A stretch of DNA of 60,874 nt, counting the filler. It is 7 parts of 7 records of this genome, joined end to end, with 100 filler letters (N's around TTAATTAATTAA, not from the genome) between each part and the next. Parts side by side here need not be neighbours in the genome. Positions count along the whole stretch, not along the records: positions 1 to 7,117 come from SRR2962707_3604; positions 7,218 to 16,941 come from SRR2962707_3615; 5 more parts are not named here. The stretch is one strand, 5' to 3'. Shown in pieces: positions 1-7,300 of this stretch (positions within the stretch are counted from its first letter, which is position 1; every line of letters starts with the position of its first letter). Under the pieces are notes generated by a model. That model was not told the origin of the DNA. It searched no databases and saw nothing but the letters and a program-made list of their open reading frames with translations. Both the position numbers and the translations under genes were made by a program.

Positions 1-26
1 TGGATCCCGGCTTCCGCCGGGATGAC
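1..26. repeat. REP-like palindromic element (TGGATCCCGGC-TTCC-GCCGGGATGAC)
   Basis: Hairpin ATCCCGGC/GCCGGGAT. A near-identical copy sits at the other end of this piece (7096-7117). Resembles alphaproteobacterial intergenic palindromic repeats. Confidence 0.7.
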
Positions 27-92
27 ACCTTTATTTTGAGAAGCGTCGGGAGTCGGGCCGCATGGGAGGTTCGGCCCCTGCCCTACGGCTTA

Positions 93-146
93 CCCCTCCC
101 CAAAATTCGTGAAGCGAATTTTGACCCTTCCACATAGGGAGGGTGG
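93..146. repeat. Second intergenic palindromic element (double hairpin)
   Basis: CAAAATTCG-TGAAG-CGAATTTTG (101-123, perfect 9-bp stem) followed by CCCTTCC-ACATA-GGGAGGG (125-143). Confidence 0.6.
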
Positions 147-179
147 AAGAGCGGCGGAAATCCTCGAGTAAATTGCCGC

Positions 180-208
180 TTGACTACATACCGACTGGTT
201 GGTATGTA
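180..208 (+). promoter_or_regulatory. sigma70-like promoter overlapped by a TetR-type operator
   Basis: TTGACT (180-185), 17-bp spacer, TATGTA (203-208). Inverted repeat TACATACC-N8-GGTATGTA spans 185-208. RBS AGGAGG precedes ATG 230. Confidence 0.75.
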
Positions 209-229
209 TCGTTTCAACAGGAGGACGGC

Positions 230-868
230 ATGGCCACCAGGCACACGAAAGAGCCCGCGAAACGACCGGCGAAGCAGGATGCGAAGGCGAAGCTGCTTGA
301 GGCGGCGCTCGCGACGATCCGCACCAAGGGATATGCCGCAACGAGCGTGGACGAGCTTTGCGCGGCGGCGGGCGTGACCAAGGGGGCGTTCTTCCATCAC
401 TTCAAGAGCAAGGAGGCGCTGGGCGTCGCGGCGGCCGAGCACTGGTCGGCGACGACGGGCGCGATGTTCGCCGCCGCGCCCTATCACGAGCTTGCCGATC
501 CGTTCGACCGCATCCTCGGCTATGTGCGCTTGCGCAGGTCGCTGCTGACGGGGGGCGTGCCGGACTTCACTTGTCTTGTCGGCACGATGGTGCAGGAGAC
601 ATACGAGACGGCGCCGGCCATTCGCGACGCCTGCGACCGGAGCATCAGCCATCACGCGAAGACGCTCGAAGCCGATATCGAAGCGGCGATCGCGGCGCGC
701 GGGATCGCGCCCGGCTGGAGCGCGGCGTCGCTCGCGCTGCACACGCAGGCCGTGCTGCAGGGCGCGTTCATTCTCGCCAAGGCGAAGGGCGGCGCGGACG
801 TCGCCGCCGACAGCATCGACCATCTGATCCGGTATCTCGAACTTCTGTTCGGCGCGGCGAAGCGCTGA
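230..868 (+). CDS. TetR/AcrR-family transcriptional regulator, NemR-like
   Basis: N-terminal HTH (GYAATSVDELCAAAGVTKGAFFHHFKSKEALG) and C-terminal CLVG motif. Start moved from 143 to ATG 230 behind AGGAGG. Confidence 0.92.
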   Translation: MATRHTKEPAKRPAKQDAKAKLLEAALATIRTKGYAATSVDELCAAAGVTKGAFFHHFKSKEALGVAAAEHWSATTGAMFAAAPYHELADPFDRILGYVRLRRSLLTGGVPDFTCLVGTMVQETYETAPAIRDACDRSISHHAKTLEADIEAAIAARGIAPGWSAASLALHTQAVLQGAFILAKAKGGADVAADSIDHLIRYLELLFGAAKR

Positions 869-906
869 ACGCCCCCACCCCCACCCTTGTGAAATGGAGT
901 AAGCCC

Positions 907-1350
907 ATGCCCAGCACCATCCGCCTTCACCGCGTCATCGCGGCCGCGCCTGACAAAGTCTACCGCGCCTTTCTCGAACCCGACGCCATCGCAAGCTGGC
1001 TGCCGCCTTTCGGCTTCCTCTGCACGGTGCATGAACTCGATGCGAAAGTCGGCGGCAAGCACCGGATGTCGTTCCGCAACTTCACGACCGGCGGCGGGCA
1101 TTCGTTCGGCGGCACCTATGAAGAACTCGTGCCGGGAAAGAAGCTCGTCTACACGGACAAGTTCGAGGGCGCCGACATGCCGGGCGAGATGCGCGTGACC
1201 GTGGCGCTGAAAGAGGTCAGCGTCGGCACGGAGATCGAGATCACGCAGGAAGGCGTGCCGGACATGATCCCGCCGGAAGGCTGCACCCTCGGCTGGCAGG
1301 ACTCGCTCTACAAGCTCGCGCGGCTCGCCGAGCCCGAAATCAACGAATAA
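907..1350 (+). CDS. SRPBCC/AHSA1-like (START-fold) protein
   Basis: MPSTIRLHRVIAAAPDKVYRAF...GWQDSLYKLA. GGAG RBS before ATG 907; only the 3' part of the 358..1350 ORF is real. Confidence 0.9.
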   Translation: MPSTIRLHRVIAAAPDKVYRAFLEPDAIASWLPPFGFLCTVHELDAKVGGKHRMSFRNFTTGGGHSFGGTYEELVPGKKLVYTDKFEGADMPGEMRVTVALKEVSVGTEIEITQEGVPDMIPPEGCTLGWQDSLYKLARLAEPEINE

Positions 1351-1371
1351 GACCAGGCAAGGAGAAACGAC

Positions 1372-1857
1372 ATGACGGAGATCGTGAACTGCCTGTGGTT
1401 CGACCACGGCGAAGCAAGCAAGGCGGCGGCCTTTTACGCTGCAACCTTTCCCGACAGCCATGTCGAACGGGTGAACACCGCGCCCGGCGACTTTCCCGGC
1501 GGCGAGGAAGGCAAGGAACTGACCGTGGAATTCACCGTGCTGGGGCGGCGCTTTCTCGGCCTCAATGGCGGCCCGGTCTTCACGCCGAACGAGGCGGTGA
1601 GCTTCATGGTCGTGACCGAAACCCAGGAAGAGACCGACCGCACCTGGAACGCGATCGTTTCGAATGGCGGCGAGGAAAGCCAGTGCGGCTGGTGCCGCGA
1701 CCGCTGGGGCTTTTCCTGGCAGATCACGCCGGCGCGGCTGCTTGAGCTGAACACGAGCCCCGACAAGGCGAAAGCGAAGCGCGTCTTCGACGCGATGATG
1801 ACGATGAAGAAGATCGATATTGCGGCGCTCGAAGCGGCGGCCGCGAAAGAGACATAA
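1372..1857 (+). CDS. VOC-family / PhnB-like (3-demethylubiquinone-9 3-methyltransferase-like) protein
   Basis: CLWFD...AAFY...LNGGP...[14 protein letters not shown]...MKKIDIA motifs; AGGAG RBS. Confidence 0.92.
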   Translation: MTEIVNCLWFDHGEASKAAAFYAATFPDSHVERVNTAPGDFPGGEEGKELTVEFTVLGRRFLGLNGGPVFTPNEAVSFMVVTETQEETDRTWNAIVSNGGEESQCGWCRDRWGFSWQITPARLLELNTSPDKAKAKRVFDAMMTMKKIDIAALEAAAAKET

Positions 1858-1942
1858 GGCGGACCCTCCCCCGGCCGCCGCGCCGCGCGGTCCCCCTCCC
1901 CCGCGCGGCGCCCCCCTTCCCCTTCAAACAAGAGACAGACAG

Positions 1943-2356
1943 ATGAGCGCAGAAACGATCTGTGTCGAAACCATCGTGAAGGCTCCGGTGGAGCGCGTCT
2001 GGAGCGCCTATACGACGCCGAAGGACATCATCCGCTGGAACGCCGCGTCAGACGACTGGCATACGACGAGCGCGAGCGTCGATCTCCGCGAAGGCGGGAT
2101 ATTCCGCTCGCGCATGGAAGCACGCGACGGCAGCATGGGCTTCGACTTCGAAGGCACTTATACGAAGATCGAAACGAACCGGCTGATCGAGTATGAGTTC
2201 GGCGACCGCCATGCGACGGTGACGTTTTCGCCGGAGCCGGAGGGCGTGCGCGTCGGCGTCGCCTTCGAGGCGGAAGAAGAGAACTCGAACGAGGAGCAGC
2301 GCGACGGCTGGCAGTCGATACTCGAAAGCTTCAAGCGCCACGTCGAAGCCGCGTGA
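1943..2356 (+). CDS. SRPBCC/AHSA1-like protein
   Basis: WNAASDDWHT...DLREGG.F.SRMEARDGSMGFDFEG...QRDGWQSIL. Confidence 0.9.
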   Translation: MSAETICVETIVKAPVERVWSAYTTPKDIIRWNAASDDWHTTSASVDLREGGIFRSRMEARDGSMGFDFEGTYTKIETNRLIEYEFGDRHATVTFSPEPEGVRVGVAFEAEEENSNEEQRDGWQSILESFKRHVEAA

Positions 2357-2375
2357 TCCCTGGAGGCAACGTCAA

Positions 2376-3023
2376 ATGACCCCCGTCATCACAGCCTTTG
2401 AAGCGTCTCCCGATGGCGGGCGAGGCCTCGCGCGCGACACGATTGTGCGCTGGGCTCTGGAGGAGACGGGTGTGGCTTACGAGGTGCGGCTCGTTTCCTT
2501 CGCGCAAATGAAGGAAACGGCGCATCGCGGGCTGCATCCGTTCGGGCAGATTCCGACTTATGAGGAAGACGGGCTCGTGCTGTTCGAGTCCGGCGCCATC
2601 GTGTTTCACATCGCGGAACGTCATGCGGGCCTGCTGCCCGGCGAGGCGGGGCCAAGAGCGCGCGCGATCATGTGGATGTTCGCCGCGCTCGGCACGGTGG
2701 AGCCGCCCATCGTCGAGCGCGAGGCCGCGGGCTATGCGGAGGGCGGCAAGCCCTGGCACAAGGAGCGCCTGCCCCTGCTCGACGGCCGCATCCGCGACCG
2801 GCTCTCCGACCTCTCCGCGCGGCTCGGCGATGCCGACTGGCTCGACGGCGCGTTCAGCGCGGGCGACCTGATGATGGTGTCGGTGTTGCGCAGGCTCGGC
2901 GGATCGGACTTGCTGAGCGAGCACCCTGCGCTAGCCGCCTATGTCGCCCGCGGCGAAGCGCGACCCGCCTTCAAACGGGCGTTCGCCGCTCAACGGGCGG
3001 TCGTGCGCTCTGCGGGCTCGTAG
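2376..3023 (+). CDS. Glutathione S-transferase family protein
   Basis: VRWALEE, HPFGQIP, LFESGAI, FSAGDLMM, ARPAF motifs; GGAGG RBS. Confidence 0.93.
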   Translation: MTPVITAFEASPDGGRGLARDTIVRWALEETGVAYEVRLVSFAQMKETAHRGLHPFGQIPTYEEDGLVLFESGAIVFHIAERHAGLLPGEAGPRARAIMWMFAALGTVEPPIVEREAAGYAEGGKPWHKERLPLLDGRIRDRLSDLSARLGDADWLDGAFSAGDLMMVSVLRRLGGSDLLSEHPALAAYVARGEARPAFKRAFAAQRAVVRSAGS

Positions 3024-3568
3024 GTCAGCACGGCGGCGCCGGAGGCGAATTGCTTGCGGCTCGTTAGCTTCAGGTCGAGGGATTTCGGGAGGCCGGCGAA
3101 AGGGTAAGGCCCGTGGCCGGCAATGCGCGGATGGACGATGAACTGATATTCGTCGATCAGGCCGAGTTTCGCGAGCGCGAGGGGGAGCGTCACGCCGCCG
3201 GTCAATATGCCCCTGCCCTTTTCGGCCTTGAGGCGGCGAATGGTTGCTTCGAGAGCGGGCCCCCGCACCAGTTCCGCGTTCCAGTCGACGCTCTGCAGCG
3301 TGTCGGAGACGACATATTTTTTCGCGGCGTGGATCGTTTGCGCGAAGGGCACCGCCCATTCGTCCATCCAGTCCGGACGCACGCCCGTTTCGGCAACGGG
3401 CCGCCACGCCTCTTCCATCATCCCGTAAATGACGCGGCCGAAAAGGAGCACATCGGCACGCGCGATATCCGCCGCCGCGTGGACATGCAACTCCTCATCG
3501 GGGATCCCCTCCTCGTGGTCGCAACATCCGTCGAGCGTCACGTTGATGGAATAGCGGAGAGGCTGCAT
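2990..3568 (-). CDS. Dihydrofolate reductase / RibD C-terminal family protein
   Basis: INVTLDG, LLFGRVIY, KYVVS, GG..L, LIDEYQFIVHP motifs. The 3' end overlaps the convergent GST by 34 bp. Confidence 0.9.
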   Translation of the reverse strand: MQPLRYSINVTLDGCCDHEEGIPDEELHVHAAADIARADVLLFGRVIYGMMEEAWRPVAETGVRPDWMDEWAVPFAQTIHAAKKYVVSDTLQSVDWNAELVRGPALEATIRRLKAEKGRGILTGGVTLPLALAKLGLIDEYQFIVHPRIAGHGPYPFAGLPKSLDLKLTSRKQFASGAAVLTYEPAERTTAR

Positions 3569-3589
3569 TCGGAGTGCTCCTGTTGACGG

Positions 3590-4027
3590 TCAGGCGATGG
3601 CGCGGAGGCCCGCGCGGACAGGCTCAAGGTCGACGCCCATTTCCTTTTCGAGCGCGGCATGCTCGCTCTTCCAGACCTTCATCGCGGCGCGAAGCACGCG
3701 GCGGCCTTCCGCGGTCAGCGCCAACTTGCGGCCGCGCCTGTCTTCCGGATCAACGGCGACGGAGACGAGGCCGTCGCGCTCAAGCGGTTTCAGGTTTGCG
3801 GTGAGCGTGGAGCGGTCCATCGCAAGGAACTTCGCGACTGGGCCCATCGAATGCGGCTCGGGCCGGTTCAACACGTTCAGCAGCGAGAACTGGCCGCTGG
3901 TGATGCCATGAGGCCGCAGCGCTTCGTCGAAGCGGCGGGCGAGCGCGCGGGCGGCGCGCTGCGCATGCAGACAGAGGCAGTTGTCGCGGATATGGGCGGT
4001 TGTCTCGTAGGTGTCTTTTGCGGTCAT
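3590..4027 (-). CDS. MarR-family transcriptional regulator
   Basis: CLC...RAARALARRFD, QFSLL, MDRSTLTANLKPLERDGLV, DRR...LT..G. Confidence 0.93.
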   Translation of the reverse strand: MTAKDTYETTAHIRDNCLCLHAQRAARALARRFDEALRPHGITSGQFSLLNVLNRPEPHSMGPVAKFLAMDRSTLTANLKPLERDGLVSVAVDPEDRRGRKLALTAEGRRVLRAAMKVWKSEHAALEKEMGVDLEPVRAGLRAIA

Positions 4028-4051
4028 GCCCGTCTGCTACACGCTTTTTTG

Positions 4052-4089
4052 ATTGATATCAAACATGTGTCATTGTATTGATATCAAAC
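4052..4089. promoter_or_regulatory. Two palindromic boxes, probable MarR operators in the divergent promoter
   Basis: ATTGATATCAAAC occurs twice (palindromic core TTGATATCAA at 4053-4062 and 4078-4087) in an AT-rich patch between marR and the DUF899 gene. Confidence 0.7.
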
Positions 4090-4167
4090 CATTTAGCAAT
4101 GTGGAAAACGGGCCCTGCCCTGTCTTCCAGACACCCCGGCCCCTCACACAGCAAAGAGGAGTTCTCG

Positions 4168-4983
4168 ATGAGCGCCGCCGCACAAACCGAAGCGCCGGGC
4201 ACAGCCCGCACCGTTTCCCGCGCGGAGTGGGAAGAGGCGATGCAGGCGCATCTCGCCAAGGAGAAGAAGGTGATGCGGCTTCAGGACGAGCTCGCCGCGG
4301 AGCAGCGCAGGCTGCCGCGCGTCGAGGTGACGAAGGACTATGCGTTCGATGCGGCCGACGGAAAGGTGACGCTGGCCGACCTCTTCGCCGGCAAGAGCCA
4401 GCTCTTCATCAAGCATTTCATGCTGAGCCCCGGCCAGACGACGCAATGCGTCGGCTGTTCGCTGGAGGCCGACCATGTCGGGGGACTTATCGAGCATCTG
4501 GCCGCAAACGACATTTCCTATACCGTGGTCGCGCGGGCGCCGCTCGCCGAGATCGAGGCGCTGAAGAAGCGGATGGGCTGGACGTTTCCCTGGGTGTCGT
4601 CGTTCCATTCCGATTTCGGCTACGATTTCGGCGTGTCGTTCCGGCCGGAGGACGTCGAGGCAGGGCGCGCGGTGATGCGCGGCGGCGTGATGCGCGGCGG
4701 GATGACCGTGCCGCCGGGAATGCTGGACATGTCGGGCAATGACGTCTTTCAGAAGGACGAAGCGGGCCGCATCTTCCACACCTATACGGTGTCGGGACGC
4801 GGCGGCGAGAATTTCCTCGGCATCTACAAATACATCGACGCGACGCCGAAGGGCCGGCAGGAACCGCATTACGGCTCGCTTGCCGACTGGGCGCGGCCGC
4901 GCCCCCTTTACGGCGAGGGCGGGACGGTGGAAGCGAACGGACGCTACCACAAAGGCGGCTGCGGCTGCGCCGTTCACGGATGA
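4168..4983 (+). CDS. DUF899 family thioredoxin-like protein
   Basis: VSR.EW, RR.LP.V.V.K.Y.F, LADLF.GKSQL, HFM, CVGCS, RMGW.FPWVSS, IFHTY, TPKGRQE; GAGGAG RBS before ATG 4168. Confidence 0.9.
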   Translation: MSAAAQTEAPGTARTVSRAEWEEAMQAHLAKEKKVMRLQDELAAEQRRLPRVEVTKDYAFDAADGKVTLADLFAGKSQLFIKHFMLSPGQTTQCVGCSLEADHVGGLIEHLAANDISYTVVARAPLAEIEALKKRMGWTFPWVSSFHSDFGYDFGVSFRPEDVEAGRAVMRGGVMRGGMTVPPGMLDMSGNDVFQKDEAGRIFHTYTVSGRGGENFLGIYKYIDATPKGRQEPHYGSLADWARPRPLYGEGGTVEANGRYHKGGCGCAVHG

Positions 4984-5011
4984 TTTCGACAGTGAGTGAA
5001 GGGAGAGAGCG

Positions 5012-5671
5012 ATGAGGAAATTGAGCGTGTTGAAATGGGTGCCGCCTTTCGCGCGCGGCTCGGTGAAGGAATTCCGCGTGCGCTGGGCGCTGGAAGAAGC
5101 GGGGCTTCCTTACGAGGAGCGCGTGCTGACGCCGGAGGACCGGGACGCAGCGGACTATCGCGCGGTGCAGCCTTTCGGGCAGGTGCCTGTGCTGGAGGAA
5201 GATGGGTTCGAGATGTTCGAGAGCGGCGCGATCCTGCTGCGCATCGCGGAGAAGGCGGAGGCGCTGATGCCGCGCGACGCACAAGGCCGGGCGCGGACGA
5301 TGCAATGGGTTTTCGCGGCGGTGGCATCGATACAACCGGCTGTGGACCAGGTGACGGCGCTCGACTTCTTCTATCCGGAAGAGGAGTGGGCGAAGCTCCG
5401 GCGCCCGAGCGCGGAAGAATTTCTGATGCACAGGCTCGGGCTGCTTTCCGGCCGGCTCGAGGGACGCGAGTGGCTGGAAGACCGCTTCACGGCGGGCGAC
5501 CTGATGATGGTGACGGTGCTGCGCGACCTGCGGCATCGCGATTTCATGGCGAAGATGCCGGTGCTCGATGCTTATGTGAAGCGGGCGGAAGCACGGCCCG
5601 CGTTCAGGAAGGCGCTCGCCGATCACATGGCGCTTTATGCGGAAGCGGCGAAGGCCGAAGCGGCGGCGTAA
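5012..5671 (+). CDS. Glutathione S-transferase family protein
   Basis: RVRWALEE, QPFGQVP, FESGAIL, FTAGDLMM, ARPAF; paralog of 2376-3023. Confidence 0.93.
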   Translation: MRKLSVLKWVPPFARGSVKEFRVRWALEEAGLPYEERVLTPEDRDAADYRAVQPFGQVPVLEEDGFEMFESGAILLRIAEKAEALMPRDAQGRARTMQWVFAAVASIQPAVDQVTALDFFYPEEEWAKLRRPSAEEFLMHRLGLLSGRLEGREWLEDRFTAGDLMMVTVLRDLRHRDFMAKMPVLDAYVKRAEARPAFRKALADHMALYAEAAKAEAAA

Positions 5672-5763
5672 GGGGGCGCAAAAGATCACCGATCGGGGCT
5701 ATACTGGTAGTGCTCCCATCGCGACCAGACACACACGAAGCGGGAGATGACAGGACCGACTTC

Positions 5764-6684
5764 ATGAAAGACCCCTACGAGACGCTGGGCGTGGCGCGGA
5801 CCGCCGGCGAGAAGGACATCAAGGCCGCCTTCAAGAAGCTCGCGCGGAAATATCACCCCGACCTGCATCCCGACGACAAGGACGCCGAGGCGAAGTTCAA
5901 GGATATATCGGCGGCGCACGACCTGTTGAAAGACGCGGAAAAGCGGCGGCGTTTCGACGCGGGCGAGATCGACGCCAGCGGCGCGGAACGGCCGCAGCAG
6001 CATTACTATCGCGAATATGCGGACGGACCCGGCCATGCGTCCCATGCCGCGCAGGACGGCTTTGCCAGCAATGAAGACCTTGAGGAATTCCTGTCGCGCG
6101 CTTTTGGCGGCGGGGGACGGCGGCAATCGGGCGCGGCGTTCAAGGCGCGCGGGCAGGATGTGAGCTACACGCTGGCGGTTGATTTTCTGGAGGCGGCGAA
6201 CGGCGCACGGCGCACCATGACGCTGCCCGAGGGCAAGACATTGCAGGTGACGATCCCCGAAGGCGCTGAGGACCGGCAGATGCTGCGGCTGAAAGGACAG
6301 GGCATGCCCGGCTTCGGGGGCGGACCGGCGGGCGATGCCTATGTGGAACTGCATGTGGCACCGCATGCGTTTTTCCGGCGGAAGGACGACAATATTCATG
6401 TGGAGGTGCCGATCACGCTGAAAGAGGCGGTACTGGGCGGACGGATCGAGGTGCCGACCATCGGCGGCACGGTGTCGATGACGGTGCCGAACGGCTCGAA
6501 CACGGGCACCACGCTCCGGCTGCGCGACAAGGGCGTGCGCAACCGCAAGACCGGCGCGGCCGGCCACCAGATCGTGACGCTGAAAGTGGTGCTGCCCGAG
6601 GGCGACGAGCCGGAACTCGCGCAGTTCCTCGAAAGCTGGCAGCCGCAAAATCCTGACGAACCGCGCAAGGAGATGCTGTCATGA
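5764..6684 (+). CDS. cbpA: DnaJ-class co-chaperone, CbpA-like (J domain + C-terminal domain, no Zn finger)
   Basis: MKDPYETLGV...KYHPD J domain, G/F region, LRLKGQG, GDAY, no CxxCxGxG repeats; followed by a cbpM-like gene. Confidence 0.88.
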   Translation: MKDPYETLGVARTAGEKDIKAAFKKLARKYHPDLHPDDKDAEAKFKDISAAHDLLKDAEKRRRFDAGEIDASGAERPQQHYYREYADGPGHASHAAQDGFASNEDLEEFLSRAFGGGGRRQSGAAFKARGQDVSYTLAVDFLEAANGARRTMTLPEGKTLQVTIPEGAEDRQMLRLKGQGMPGFGGGPAGDAYVELHVAPHAFFRRKDDNIHVEVPITLKEAVLGGRIEVPTIGGTVSMTVPNGSNTGTTLRLRDKGVRNRKTGAAGHQIVTLKVVLPEGDEPELAQFLESWQPQNPDEPRKEMLS

Positions 6685-7007
6685 GACGCGTGGAAGATCT
6701 TCTGGAGGAAATCGCGGCGCTGCAGCGCGCAGACCTCGAAGCATGGATCGGCGAGAACCTCGTCTCGCCGCAGCGCGACGCGGAGGTGCTGCTGTTTCCA
6801 GAGGCGGAATGCGCGCGGGTGCGGCTGATCTGCACGCTGCACTACGATCTCGAAATCGACGCGGAGACGCTGCCGGTGATGCTGTCGCTGGTGGACCAGC
6901 TTTACGAGACGCGGGCGAAGCTCAGGTCGCTGACGGCGGCCGTGGCGGCGCAGGATGAGGCAGTGCAGGCGGCGGTGCTGAAAGCGATGGGGCGAGACGG
7001 AGACTAG
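6681..7007 (+). CDS. cbpM: Chaperone modulator CbpM-like (MerR-like)
   Basis: ATGA overlap with cbpA; W....LV.P, ARVRLI..L..DLEI, LSLVDQLY pattern. Confidence 0.8.
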   Translation: MRRVEDLLEEIAALQRADLEAWIGENLVSPQRDAEVLLFPEAECARVRLICTLHYDLEIDAETLPVMLSLVDQLYETRAKLRSLTAAVAAQDEAVQAAVLKAMGRDGD

Positions 7008-7029
7008 GCGCGTGCGGGATGCGGACAGG

Positions 7030-7066
7030 AAAAGGCCGGATCTTGCGATCCGGCCTTTTTTGTTTT
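7030..7066 (+). terminator. Rho-independent terminator (possibly bidirectional)
   Basis: AAAAGGCCGGATC-TTGC-GATCCGGCCTTTTTT. Confidence 0.9.
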
Positions 7067-7095
7067 GTGGGTGGCGGAGAGTGACGCCCCGCCCA

Positions 7096-7117
7096 TGGAC
7101 CCCGGCTTTCGCCGGGG
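7096..7117. repeat. REP-like palindrome at the contig end
   Basis: TGGACCCCGGC-TTTC-GCCGGGG, same family as 1-26; the contig breaks here. Confidence 0.7.
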
Positions 7118-7217
7118 NNNNNNNNNNNNNNNNNNNNNNNNNNNNNNNNNNNNNNNNNNNNTTAATTAATTAANNNNNNNNNNNNNNNNNNNNNNNNNNN
7201 NNNNNNNNNNNNNNNNN
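7118..7217. other. Artificial contig spacer
   Basis: 44 N + TTAATTAATTAA (stops in all six frames) + 44 N. Confidence 0.99.
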
Positions 7218-7300
7218 TTTTTGTTTTGTTTTGTTTTGTTTTTTTTCAACAAATAAACACCAACAATAAATTCCGGGATTCTTGCGCCACTTCCGTTCAC

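Noticed and set aside
358-906. N-terminal extension of the 358..1350 ORF
   Set aside because: Off-frame read-through over tetR in GC-rich DNA; the real start is ATG 907 with an RBS.
1861-1925. C-rich intergenic tract with CCGCGCGG repeats (G-quadruplex-like on the minus strand)
   Set aside because: Probably a decayed palindromic repeat; no U-tract or recognisable RNA family.
4996-5763. Apparent 562-aa DnaJ fusion
   Set aside because: The upstream part is an alternate frame of the GST gene; the J domain starts at 5764.
83-6842. Long antisense ORFs (83-823, 652-1461, 4144-4977, 4487-5689, 5686-6648)
   Set aside because: Shadow ORFs of high-GC coding strands with no recognisable motifs.
1-7117. 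Bacterial island as HGT into the eukaryote
   Set aside because: No physical junction to eukaryotic DNA is visible and prokaryotic signals are fully intact, so co-assembly is simpler.
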